NCBI GenBank assembly: GCA_043228905.1
Contig: JBHGNT010000012.1
Span: 18,352,001-18,416,000, forward strand
DNA from: Azolla caroliniana
Taxonomy: Eukaryota; Plantae; Polypodiophyta
DNA length: 64,000 nt
Direction of reading: 5' to 3'
In this document: in pieces, positions 41,061 through 54,600 of the stretch
Layout: the number at the start of each line of letters is the position of its first letter
Numbering within the stretch: the stretch's first letter is position 1
Notes under the pieces: generated by a model
What the model saw: the letters and a program-made list of their open reading frames with translations, nothing else
Told to the model about the DNA's origin: nothing
Databases searched by the model: none
Position numbers and translations under genes: made by a program

Positions 41061-44000
41061 ATGGAGTTCTTCTGCATCCCATTTCAAATCGTCGACCACG
41101 AAGAGTTCGAAGCTCTCGAGCTCGCCATTGAAGCTGCAGAATCTGCAGCCACAAACCCGAAGAAAGCGAAGCTACCTCCCGAAAGAGAAAACTCATCTTC
41201 AGGCCAAGAACCGAAGGAGGAGAATATAGAGGCTAATCTTGCATCAGACGGTAACCATTTTGAATTTCCAGGAGCCGACCTGAGAAATAGACCTCTTGGT
41301 ACTCGTCGACTCCCTTCTTGGAAAAAACAATCCGATCAATCTCTGCATCGTGACTCTTCGAAAGTTTCAGAAATTATAGAAGAGGAGACAAAGGATAATC
41401 GCACTTCTTTCAAACCAGAGAATGTGACTGGGAACCAGGTCCTGTCTGATAAAGTTCCTTTGCAAGAGACAGAAGGGATTGAGAAGTTTCCATGGGGGAT
41501 TGTGCCTTCTAGCTGTAGAGGTGAGTAACATTTATCAACTAAGATGAAAAACTGAAAAGAAAAAGAGAGAGTATTAAGGCACAACAGAGCGTAATGCATT
41601 GTCCCTTATTTAATATTCGGGCATTATGAATGAACACATAAGATGTTTGACTATGATGATGATGATGTATTATCATCCTTGGAAGGCTGGTAAAACGAAC
41701 TATGGGAGTCTTAAAACTGTTTTGAGGTTCAACACATGCATCTCATATTTTTTATAAGGTAGATTCCATGCTTAAGTACAGTGCTCATATTATGTGCCTA
41801 AAAGGTGAGGGTTGTTGCAATAAAATTGGTGTGAAGTAGTGAGAGGTTGGTGGATTGGGTAATCTATGATGTTGAAAAGTGTCCTGCCACTCAGGTGTCT
41901 GTGGCATATCCATGGGCTCCATATCCATTGGGATAAAGTGTGAAATAGGCAATCCAGAATGGTATGGGGATGTCAATATTTGGTTAGATGTGGTACAGTT
42001 GTGTGCTTAAGGCTGCTTTTCCGTGCATCCGCTTTTTAATTAGTTCACAAGTGTATCTATCCACCAAGCATGCTTATATGTCTGGCTTTCAGTATATTCC
42101 ATGTGTCACACCATGCTTGTATTGTGTGCTCAATGAGAACCTTGTTTTTCCTGGAATGGTGCACCTCCACGACATCTGCTTTGAACACATAGGACCTCTA
42201 GTTCAATATGGCTCATGATAGTTTTGAGCATCACCATATATGGAGTAGTTTGCCTGACTTGAAGGTATCTTATTTTCTTTGCATCTTCGCCATACCATTC
42301 CATTTGTAGGGGTTATGATTCCTCCTTCAACCTCCATCTCACATATTAATGCTTGGAATACCAAGATATAAGCGTTCAATCTGTGCCTGCCATCAATGAA
42401 AGCCATTGATAGATTTGATGAAATAGTAGCTTTGCCTGACTTGAAGGTATCTTATTTTCTTTGCATCTTCTTCATATCATTCCATTTGGAGGGGTTATGA
42501 TTCCTCCTTCAACCTCCATCTCACATATTACTGCTTGGAATACCAAGATATAAGTGTTCAATCTGTGCCTGCCATCAATGAAAGCCATTGATAGATTTGA
42601 TGAGGTAGTAGCTTTTCCATAGACCATTCTTATCTCTGATTGTATTTTTCTTTGACATTGATGCCCAATTCAGTACTAAGAAGTTAATCACGTTTTTGTG
42701 GCACAGCACAATTATGATGTACTACCTCTTATTTGCATATATTTGCAGTGTCATAGAGAGTAGAAGAGAAGAAGTATTGAAATAAGAGGACTCTCTTTTT
42801 GACAATACAAAATATAGAGTTATTTAAAATAATGAAAAAGCTCAACTATGTTTTCCATCATGAATATATACTTCACAAATAGCTTTTTAAATAGACATAA
42901 ACTGACCACAATTATGATGTACCACCTCTTATTTGCAGATATTTGCAGTGTGATAGTGAGTGGAAGAGAAGAAGTATTGAAATAAGAGGACTCTCTTTTC
43001 GACAATACAAAATATAGAGTTGTTTAAAATAATGAAAAAGCTCAACTATGTTTTCCATCATGCATATACACTTCACAAATAGCTTTTCAAAATAGACATA
43101 GACTGACATTTAAGATAAGGGGAACTGACAATCCAGAAGGAAGGGATAAGACACACTAACAATAGAAGGCTGTCAAGTTGCTTCGAACTCGCTAATTGTG
43201 ATAAATCATGAAATATTGCTTCTTTGTACTATTTACCCTGCAGGACGATCTGCAGTTACAAAATGCAGATTACCATTTTTACAGTTCAAAGGTGAAATAA
43301 TTTACAGTAACACAAGAGTAGATGCTGAAAGTTATGCTGAGCAGCTGATGAGACAGGTAGAGGCGCTTAAAGCTTCGGCTAATGACGTTTCAGTTGCTCT
43401 TGGATTTGATACTGAATGGAAAGTCATTTTCAAAAGAGGTGGAATTCTTTGTCATAATATCTCATTATTTTAACTGATAGCGTGAAGCTAGATTGTGATA
43501 AGTGTAAAGTGCCCTCTCAAATAATGTTATGTATGCCTGGACTATAACCTTACTAGCCTCCAATATCACATAATTTCCGATGATGTTTTTTATTTGGGCA
43601 ATGCGGAATTTTCTTGACTTCCTTCCTCAATAGGCGATGCTCTTAATTTACACAAAACATAGGATGTCTATTTATATTGGACCATCTAATTATAGGACAT
43701 ATCCAGAAAAGAAAAATTCATAGTCTTTAAAATCATAAAATTGTGCAATATATACAATCGTCATTTGGATTGTTGGTTTGATTTTGTAACTATTTTTTAA
43801 CTGTCATCTTATGCTTGGCTCGTGTATTTTTCTAAATGCAGGAGCTCAGCGGCGCAAAGTTTCTGTGTTGCAACTATGTATAGATGCAGAATATTGCTAT
43901 GTTTTTCATGTTATACATTCTGGCATACCTAATGTATTGCAAAATATTCTGGAGGACCCGTTGGTTGCCAAGGTTAGTGTTGTCTCAATAGAGGCTTTCT

Positions 44001-47000
44001 CAACTCGCAATCATGACTATTAAGAGAGAAACTTAATTAATTCAGTGAGTGAGTCTCAGTAATAATCAGATCAATGATACCCAAAAAGCGATGATTAGAA
44101 AAGAGCGAATCTTTGTCATGTGTTGAGTTATTGTCAACACAAATCAGTTGTCCCTACGACAATTGCATACAGGGCTTCCATATTCCTGTGTAATCGATGC
44201 CAGAAGTTTTGATACCAGAAGTAATTAATTGCATACAGGGCTTCCATATTCTTGTGTAATCTATTGTTCACACTGATGTGAACTTCAACATGGTGGACAT
44301 CTTGAACTTCACATCATGTAGTTCATCCGGTCAAGATTCCCCCTTGACATTACTGGCAGTCGAGGCCTCATCCTGCCAGGACACCCTCTTCCAACACCAC
44401 TTTATGAAGCCGTCTCCGCTCCTAGAACAAGTACTTACAGACCTTATTTAGTTGCTGCTTGATTTCCTCCCCTACTCTTGTTGAATAGCAAGCGCAGAAC
44501 CTCTATGGCCATGATACCATGCTAACTATTGCCTGGAAATAAAGAATGCATAGGCAAATTTCCAACATAGTAAATAATGGAGAAGGTAGAGAGCTATATT
44601 AGAAATTTCAGAGCAGTAAAGAGAGCTTACAACAAAGGATTTGATACAATGGGAGCTCCAGCTCATGTGCTCCTAATGAGCATCATATGTAAATACAACT
44701 CATCTGTACAATGAGGAACTAACCTTCAGTTATTAGCCCTAATGGATAAACCCATCCATCTGCCACAAACACAAGTAACATAAAGTAAAATAAAAATAAA
44801 TGTAACATAAACTAGAACTCAACTTGAATAAATTGAAAATAGAAGGAATGGCTGTCAGAAATTGAACCATCCATTCACTCCGTAGGAATTTCTTATCTCA
44901 AAATTTAGTTACAGATTTAATACAAAACATTAACTTGAGATACAGCCTAACAATGACCTCTTTTTGGCTATTTTGGCAGGTTGGGGTGTGTGCACACGGT
45001 GATGCAGCCAAGCTTTCATCAGATTATGGAGTGAATGTAAAAGGAGTGAAGGACCTTAGTGGCCTTGCAAATCTCAAGCTGAGAGGATTGAACAATGTAA
45101 CCACTTCAACCAAGAGTTGGAGTTTGTCTTCACTTACTGAAGAGCTTCTTGGCAAGCAGGTGAGGCACATAGTCTCTCTAGAGAAAATTTTTAAACTGCC
45201 TGAAATTTCTATATTTCCGCAAATACCCCTATTGTTTCTGTATTCCGCAAATACCCCTGGTTGGTCCCACAACAAATCAATTATATGTGTATTTGAGGAA
45301 GATTATGCTCAATTCATCTTAAAAAAGATCTGGGAAGTGCCATCTTGTTCTATTAATTTAACTTGCATGGAAAGACAGTTGATAGGTTGCTATTTCAGAT
45401 TATTTTCCCAATCTCTTTGGGAGTCAACTACAAGTGTGTTCCATTTGATGTGTCAAATTCTTTGTTCAAGACAATGTGAAATTAGGTCATACTGAATGGA
45501 AATCCATGTAGATCTTTCATCATTTATATAATGCTTCTCTGATAGTGAAACTAAATAAACTTAGTGGTTCGGTTGGAGTTTTACCATTCTTTGGAAGTTT
45601 CTTTGGCTGGTTTCAGTCTGCAATAACAATATCATCTTTCACTACTATGTTGCAAATGTATGCGAGACCTTGCCATGAAGGAGGGGAATCAGTAGGTGTA
45701 ATCCTCCACATCCTCAAATCACAGAATAAACCATAATAGAAATTAGTTTGTTGTGATGTGAATCCTTCTCAAATCACTTTGCATGAGTATGGTCTGCCCT
45801 GGTTGAGAGTTTGAAACACACTTTCTATACTGGTCTATAAAAGTAGCAGCAGCAGCTGTATTACTTTTCAGTGTTTGGCATAGTATGAACGTCAAGTAAT
45901 AGCGAACATATCTAAAGTTGAGCATCATGAGTGTTTTTACTGGTTCTCTACCTCTTATTAGAGGAAGCAAACAGAAATTGCTCTAAATACCCGGAGTAAG
46001 TGACTCAAACATTGTAGTTAAATAATCAATGTAGATATTTTGTCCGTGAATTTCGCCCAATGTGATCAGCACCATATTGAACTCAAGATTCAGAGCTGCA
46101 AAGAAATGAAGCGAAATTTTTCAGGATCCTTTCAATTTGGCAATGTAGTGACTGAGTGAGGTTCATACAATCCTCAAGACCGAAGCCATGCCTTACAATC
46201 ATGCTAATGAGAACAATAGATAAATGATGTGAAACTTTTTAAGGCTCCTTTCAACTTGACAATATAGTGACTCATTGAGGTTCACACAAGACCCAAACCA
46301 TGCCCTACAATCATTTTAGTAAGAGCAGCAGAGAAATGATGCAAAACTTTTCAGGCTCCTTTCAATTTGTCAATATAGTGACTCATTGAGGCTCACACAA
46401 TCCTTAGGACCAGGCCATGCAATCCAATTATGTTAGTGAGATTTCGTATCAAAATAGATCCCCACTTTTAATAGCTTCCTCTCCTTGTAAATCACACGTC
46501 TTTGCCCATGATTATAGATTGGTCAAAATGATTAAATTACATTCTCCAGAATTATTCATGTGATGAAAGCCCAGTGTGTTCATGTGGTGCTTGTGCTTGT
46601 TTGATAACAAATGACAACTCTTAAGCTTTTACCAAACAAATAGAACACCTTAATTATTTTACTTATTATAACAAATTCGTTCAAATGAATGATCTTGAGA
46701 GAATGGATGATTTTTTATTTCATAGGTAGACCTTGGACATGCATGATTAATAAATAAAATTTTCTAAGGGCATGATTTGTGTTGAACTTATAGTAGGTGG
46801 AGAAGTCTGGAAGCATACGAATGGGTGATTGGGAGGTCAGTGAATTGTCAGGACTACAACTTGAATATGCTGCAACAGATGCATTTGCATCCCTTTATCT
46901 TTTCCAGGTTTTCAACATTCGTTTGTTATTGATTTTCAAGTGTTGCAAGAAACACAGCTTTTGAATGTACACAAATTTTAGGTTTATAAGACAAATGCTT

Positions 47001-47425
47001 TTTGGTTCAGTACTACGAGCTTTTTGGTTGTGCATTTATTTTCTGGGTCAGATACTCACTGAAGTCAGGTTTAAGGATTTGGTATAAGATGCTATTAGAG
47101 ACATCATTACCTTCTCTTTTATCTTCTTGGAAAAATATTAAATTTTGTACTTGAAAGTTCAGATGAATGTTTTGGGCATATATCATGGCTGACCACGTAG
47201 GGAAAGCAAGCTGGAAGGTTGAAGGCTGCTGAGCTCAGAATGTGAAAACTCAAGACTCACAAATGTACTTGGAGCTGCACTCGGTTATGAGAGGAAGGGA
47301 GAGAGAGATATGATGTCAAATAGATATAATGGAACATCATAATAGAAATTACTAATGTGGTCTATTTTGATTTTGTGCAGGTACTCCTGACATTTCCAGA
47401 TCCTCAAAAGCTTGAAAGTTATTGA
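41061..47425 (+). CDS. WEX: Werner-syndrome-like 3'-5' exonuclease (DEDDy), 6 exons
   Basis: Exons 41061-41520, 43244-43438, 43842-43972, 44980-45159, 46797-46907, 47381-47425, all GT-AG with matching phases. ExoI GFDTEW, KVSVLQLC, KVGV..GDAAKL (ExoII), WSLSSLTE, IRMGDWE, ExoIII YAATDA. Confidence 0.92.
42245..42613. repeat. Tandem duplication, 182-bp unit x2 (WEX intron 1)
   Basis: TTTGCCTGACTTGAAGGTATC... at 42249 and 42431. Confidence 0.92.
42707..43107. repeat. Tandem duplication, 200-bp unit x2 (WEX intron 1)
   Basis: CACAATTATGATGTAC.ACCTCTTATTTGCA... at 42707 and 42907. Confidence 0.92.
44505..44825 (-). mobile_element. Possible decayed copia LTR with PBS remnant (WEX intron 3)
   Basis: GGCCATGATACCA|TG resembles GCTCTGATACCA|TG (PBS-LTR junction) and is followed by ~300 bp of LTR-like AT-rich sequence ending ...CTCAAC. 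Confidence 0.3.
46103..46440. repeat. Diverged tandem triplication, ~110-118-bp unit (WEX intron 4)
   Basis: AAATGA...TCCTTTCAA.TTG.CAAT.TAGTGACT...TGAGG.TCA.ACAA...CCATGC three times. Confidence 0.82.
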
Positions 47426-50400
47426 TGTGGTTTGCTATTGGAGACAGAATGACTTTAAAACTTCAGAGCATATAAATGACAAAATATACAGATATGCGGT
47501 GCTCTATTTAACAGCCATTTGCAAATCTCACGAGAAAGATTAGAAGCATTGATTTGGCTTGGCTGAAGATTGGGAAAACACTACGATAAAGCAATTCCTA
47601 TGGAGCAAGTTGCGATCATATTGATAGGCTATGCCATGAAATGCTTGTGTTAGTGGTTCGGAACATGAATGTGACTAAATATTTTGTTTTCTATCACTAA
47701 ACCAAATATTGACAAGCTCTGGCAGGGAAATGATTGCATTAGTTCGTTGGAAAATGAAGGCAACTAAATATTTTCTCTTATATCACTTATCTTACCCCTA
47801 AACAATTAGAGCTAGTCTTTAATATGGTTTATAAGCCTATTCCCATGGTACTGTTGCAGCCTGGCCTTTCAAACTTGAGAAGTTATAAGGTGAGCTGTGT
47901 GTGAATGCATTCAGGTATATTGTTGAGGTAGCACTCAAATGTTTGAACACTATGCAGGAATGAAGTGCAATAACTCTATTGGGGCACGAATGTAATACGT
48001 TATCCGACTGTTTAGGGAATTGCCATTATCTTGCGTGCGGTGTTAACGCTTGCCCTTCTGTGTTTTCCCCAACATATTAGGTCTTCCAATGCCTTCTGTA
48101 ATTGGTGGTCTGCGTGTTTATGTTTGCTCAAATAGACAGTTGTAATCTTCACTTGTAATCTAATTGAATGAAGACGCGTGGCACAGCTGTACTACTCATG
48201 CTGTTCTTTGTGCTTGTGGCATTGGTGTTAGCTATGACTTCTTGCATAAATAGATTCATTGCTTTTTCCCCATTATTTTATGAAGTGAAAACTCATTTAA
48301 GATCTGCTTTAATGAAATTGTTTGTGATCCCTTGGACTTTTGACAAGGATTTCCTTCTACTTATTGTCTGATAGTTTGCAAAGTTGAATACTATTTTCTT
48401 TTGAGTAGTCTTTAAGATTACATACAGCAAATGATGTTCTTATGAATGATCACATTAAACCCCAATTGTTCAGTTGTGCCATTGGTAAAATGACCACCTT
48501 GGTTTTGAAATGGTTAAAGTGGTAATGTTGGTTAGTGTGGCATACTTGGGTGTTCTATTGGTAGTCCCAACCTCTTGCATTGCTAGGCTTGTCTTATGAA
48601 GGCATGCATCCTTTGTATAATTAGCTATTATTTTCATTGCCATCCCTTCCCCATACAATGACAATAAATTGCGCCCTTGTTCACTAGGATATGTTGTTTT
48701 TCATGTTGAAATACTCATCTACACTAAAGCTTGTTTTGTGCCCTTCTTCGACACCCACTTCTCTCAAAATCAAAACCTTTTGATTTGTACAGCCAGCCTA
48801 TTTTGTGCATCATGTATGGGTATTTGGTATCTAAGAAGAATGTCATTTCCCAGGTTTGCGTCTGATCCTCAATAATGTTGATAGCATGCATTGTCATTTG
48901 TTGATGGAGGATTGTTTAGTATAGCACTATGTGTAGGGTTGCGGGTATGTGCGATTAGTATCCATCTCTTCCCATCTACAGCCGATTTGGTCACCAAGTA
49001 ATAATTATTTCCCACGATTCCTCTGGAATGTGAACTTCTTTTGTAGCATGTAGTGAGTGATTGAATTTATTGACATTGAAAATAAGTTTTAGTGCAGACT
49101 ACTCAATTATTTCTAGTTGGCTAACTACCATTTCACTTGTTATTGTGGATGAATATGTTCAAATATTAGATTCAATTGCACTTCTCTATAATTTTAAAAA
49201 CATATTGTGAATTGCTTAAGGTTATTAGTCATTGTGCCAAATAAAACAAAAGAATAGGAATGCATAAATTTTGCAATGATAGCTCATATACCTCAATATG
49301 ATCCTTTGAAATGTTGAATGATTGTTTTTTAGTATGATTATGAAAACTCCTATGAACACTACCTTTTTTGAGAAATGTTGTCCTTTCTTAATGTTTGGGT
49401 GCCATCCTAAACTGGCTTGTTATTGTATTAAATATCGCATATGTGAGGAGTATTGGGGATGATTCACACATTGTTGATACATTCAACTTCTAATGGTGAA
49501 CATGTACACAAAGTTTTTAAATTTTTCTTTGGCAATATAACTATTGGGCTTTGTGGGAAAGTTTTTCAAGCTTTCCTCGCATTGTTCTAGATAGTCTTAG
49601 CTAAATAACCTAGAGCCTAAGTCTACAAGGTCTGTACAAAGTATACATACTCTAATGTTAATGTCAATACACTTCTAAACCTATTACAAGCACTAAGGAA
49701 TAGACCAAGCAAACTCTAGTACTAATACCAAATACACACAATTGAGATTAACTTTACTTAATTACCTTTCATCATTTAATACGAGGTCAAGGAAAGAGAA
49801 GAGAAAACACAAAAACAATCATGATTAATGGTATTAAGGCATACCTTGACAAATTACAATAGACCCAAAGCTTAAGCTTCTTAGATTAGAGAATCGATTA
49901 TAACGTAATTAGGAATTAGGTATTGGGAAAGGCTTAAGCTCTACCTCAAGTTCCAAAAATGATTGGAATTAGCTAAAAAAACTTATGTAAATGTCTTTTA
50001 TAGCTTTTACAATTCCCTTCGACCTTTTCACACTAAGCTATTTATATATCTATTCTACTGTCATTGCCTTTATTCCTTTGTCTCTTTTCCTAACACGAGA
50101 TGTGTTCCTTCATCTCTGACCAATGTTTAGGTGCACAGAAGTGTTTGACATGCCTAACCATGTTGCTTTTGTGGATGGGGTGATAAATCCTAGTCATAGA
50201 AACTTGTAGATTTCCCTCTTTAGATTTTCTAGCTAAGCTTGGATTCATCTAAATTTTTTAATGTTGTACACTATCATTCATGTGGATATTATCTTGATAT
50301 AAGTTCAACTCTAATCTCTTCGTATCTTCATGTTAGCCTAGCTTATCAATTAGTTTTGAAATGGTATATGTGATTGCTTGGCTATCAAGATGATTGATGG

Positions 50401-51137
50401 TTGTTTGGTAAATTCAATACTGACCTTCTCAAGCTCTAATATTTTTACCCAACTTGATACTTCAAGTTTGCTTTCTAAAGCTTCATGGGCTCCATTGATA
50501 GTTCACCTCTACGGATGCCGTGAGTTTTGATAATGTAAACTAACTTGCATTCACGAGGAATCTCTTGCTCTTCGTACCCCATAAAATAGGTACAAACAAA
50601 CATAACTCTTTAAGATACCCAAATGCTAGCTAAATTAAGATTATCCAAAGACAATCTTACTCCATGCCGTGCTTGGGAGGATGACACCAACACTTAGAGT
50701 GATGCCTTATGCCGAGTTCCCACACCCAAACATGTTATATACTTGAGGCAATGTCTTACTCCATGTCGATTGTGCAATACATGAATTTATGCATGATTGT
50801 GAGGGGGATTACTAAGTGAATGATAGCACCTTGACATGGCATAATCAATTAGATTGTTTTGTATTGATTCACAATGGAACATCAAGATGTGGCTATTCAA
50901 GGAGAGGAGGAATTATATTACAAGTAATTACACTATGGAATCTCTTAATTACTCTCTCTTTGGCCTCCCGGGCCACAGGTCACATCCACATTGAAACCCT
51001 TTGACCTCTCGCTTCTTGAGAGACTTCAATGGAAATGAAACTAGGCCTACTATAAAGCCATTTCCTTTCTAAAATATGTTTTTTACTATAACTCTTTAGT
51101 TTAAGTCTTATTTTATTTTATTTTTACTTTCAATGAA

Positions 51138-51222
51138 TGGGTAAATACCCCATTTTTGTTGTAAATTGATTGTCTCATGGGCCAATTTTGGTCTTAGAAG
51201 ATGTTGATATGTCTTTCTTTCT
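51138..51222. repeat. Dispersed repeat (TIR-like end), inverted copy of 22175-22257
   Basis: TGGGTAAATACCCC...TTGTCTCATGGGCCAATTTTGGTCTTAGAAGA...CTTTCTTTC. Confidence 0.75.
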
Positions 51223-51636
51223 TTCTCTCCCGACTCTCTTACAAATGCGTCCATTGTGGGACTTGTATATTTTGATACACATAAACCATTCGAAATTTGT
51301 AATTAAATGGCATTGCGAGGTTACGTTTAATGAATCTAGAAGCTAAAAAGAAGAATCGTTAATCACCATCCACTCAACAATGATTAGCTGGAATGCCAAT
51401 AATCGCAATCGAGCACTAATCACACCCCTAATCGCAAGTTGCAACGGGTTAATCAGAGACCATTGGTGTTATGTTTCATGCCTTTGGCCACGGAAAGTGT
51501 AATAATTATGATCTTCAAAAGTAATATTCATCCGTATTTATTATTCCTGTTCAATCGTATAAATACCAATCTACGGCTGCTTGCTACTATCTATACTGTA
51601 TACTGTATACGGTATACGGTATACGGTACGGTAGCC

Positions 51637-54600
51637 ATGGAAGCTCGCCTTCTCCTCCTCCTCCTCCTCAGTCCCTTCTCCGTCTTCCTCCTTTTCTTCC
51701 TCCTTCGAGAAACCTCTCCTGTACACTCTGCAGCATCCGGAACTTGCGTTTTGCCTGTAAGTTCTCCTCTTCTCCCGAAACACTTAGGTTCCTCCTTCAT
51801 TCATTCATGCCTTTCCTCTCTCTCGCTCTCCGTCAAATCCCTTGTTAGATCCGTGGAAATGGAAATGAGTTCTCGGTAAATGCAGTTTGTGCTTTCTTTA
51901 ATCTCGTTTCATTTCGTTTCAGTGTTAACAAGGGAAGTATGTATGCTGCGTTGCGTTCGGTTTTGTTTGGTCTCATTGCATATGGTATTTCCATAAAAGA
52001 AAACCTAGATGCCACATTTTTGCTGTTCATTTCTTCTCTAGAATCACAAAAAATCGGGATTTTCCGCAGCCTAAGGGTAGCAGGTCTTCATCTTAGCCGT
52101 TATTTTATTAATAGAAAAAAATATCCGTATCAAACTCGTTCATACCTCACCTTTCATTTCTGGTTCATAATTCTCTCAACCTTTGAATAGAATTATAGAT
52201 CCATGGATATAGAAGGTTTTGTTGAACATTATTTTTTCTTTGTTTAGTTTCATTATAATTTATAATGTGGAAGTGTTCTTCAGATCGCTTTGAAAGACAC
52301 CACACTCTCTGAGTATGAATAGAAATTCTAAATCTGTAGGAATTTTTTATTTCTATAGTAGAATAACAAAAATGTGAATTGTTTATAGCAAGAAACTTAG
52401 CGTTCACTTCACATTTCACTCTCTCAATCCATCAATAGATCAGTGAAATTGGAATCAATAGAACTTGGCCTTTCCTTGCTTCAGTTTGTTCCATTGTATT
52501 GTGACAATGGAAATGCACATCAGATCACCATGAAAGAGAGAGCTAAGTGTTACTATGTCTGAATATGAAGGGGCACCTTTTTGTTTGCTTTCTTCTTCAG
52601 TATCGCACACTTTTGAATTGCTCAAGGCTAGATGTGAATATTAAGTTTTCATCTAAGGATTTTTGCTGTTTTGAATTTTTTATAGAAGGATCCTGGTCTT
52701 GCGCTTTTCCATTGTCTTTTAATCTCAGATAGGAGAAGACCTTTTTTCTGTAACTGCAAGATATATGCTCCTCTCAATGATGTATAAATTATGGTCTAAG
52801 AGGTCAAGGTTAGTTAGAATTTTTTGAAGAAAGATAAGCACAATGTCCACTTGCTAGCCAGTAATGTCTAGAATAGCTCAGAAACAGGAGCGTTTCTTAT
52901 AAAAAGGAGGACAAATATGCATCATAAATAAAGCAGAGAGATCTTCCTTGTTCAGCTATTACAAAGAACATAGATCTTCCTTGTCATCTGTCGCTACCAA
53001 CAAAGTATTAAGCATTCATGAAATTTGCATACCACATAAACTGCTAGACCATATGTACTTTCCCACACTTAAGCATACAGTAAATATGGTTCTTGCACAT
53101 TGGAAATCGCTTGTCATGGCAAGCTTTTACAGCATATTCGTTTGAATGTGTAGGCCTTTTCACACCATGATAAAGAAGCATTGTCTTGGATAGAAGAAAG
53201 ATACAAATATCAGTACTCGTCATCAAGAAAAGAAGCTATACCTATACAGTGGCCAAAGACTGGAAGAATCAGACATGTTGTGATGATCAATGCGACCAGT
53301 GCAGTGGAAGATGAATTGGACCAGGTGCTAATAGTGTTACTGTTTTTCTTTTCTTTGATAGGGTGAATGTATAGAATGCTTCAACCTATATGACCTATGG
53401 ACTTCGGAACTAATTTTGAACTGTCACGTGAAAGTATGTGTATATATATCATATATATTTGGAATTCACACAATAAATACATGCATTTTTTCCATTGTAA
53501 GAGAGAGACATTTGGTAAAGTTTGTGCAATTTATGGCAACCCATTCAGCAATAGGGAGGAATTGTAATCGACATAAAACAGATGATATTGAGTAGAGAAA
53601 ACATTACATTTTTTTTGCTTAGAAATAAAGTATAACTTAATGATGTCACCAATATTGGAACACATTTTCAGGTCTAAGCAGGTGGAATAAGGTATTGCCA
53701 TTGAGTGCCGTTAAAATTGATAAAGGTTTAAAATAAACCCTATGAAGAGCAAATGACAGTGACTCTAGTTCTAGTGTATATTGATTCATTGACAACCATA
53801 TGCATTTTGTAATTTATTGCTGGTAGGATTTTATGGTAAAATTTTTCTATGAATTTCTTCAAAATCCACTTTATGGGTAATAATTATTTTAGAGCACATT
53901 CTAGGTTTTTATGTTGTTCCAATGGAAAATCAATTTACTCCATTTTGTGCCAAAATATTAGAGGAGAGGTTACACAACAATAGGCACCTCTAAATTCTTT
54001 CGTAATGCTGAACTTGTAAATTAGTGATTGTCTGAAAGTGAATATTATGTGCTTACGTGCTGAAATTTTCATGCAGCTCCTAATTTGGCTGCATAAAGGA
54101 CAGGAACATAATTCTGCTCGTAGGAAGTTCTTTTATATGAAAACACAGCAAAAAATAAAACATGAAAGTGAATCAAATGTGAGGGGATACAAATTGAATG
54201 CTATTGCTATGCTGGATTTGGAAGCACATGACACCCTTTTGGAAATTCCTGTGAGTTCAATTTTAAATCCTGTATTGTGTATGATTTTATTTGCTATTTT
54301 GAACTATGTCTGAGGAAACAGGAGGGTTTGATCTGTATGAATGATACACAAATGTTGATTGTACATCCAACACTCTTCATTTCAAACAAAAATTCTTTCA
54401 GTTTCTGGATGATCAAGCATAGTATATTTAACGATCTACAACAACGCCTTATGCATTTGAATCATAGAAAACATAATTTTCTCACAGTTTTAGTTCTTCA
54501 ATGGAATGGTTTTTACTTGTGTTTTTTGGATAAGTGAATGAAAATTGCTGCTGGTAAGTATAAAAGAATGCAATGTTTCAGGCATGCTATATAACCTGTG

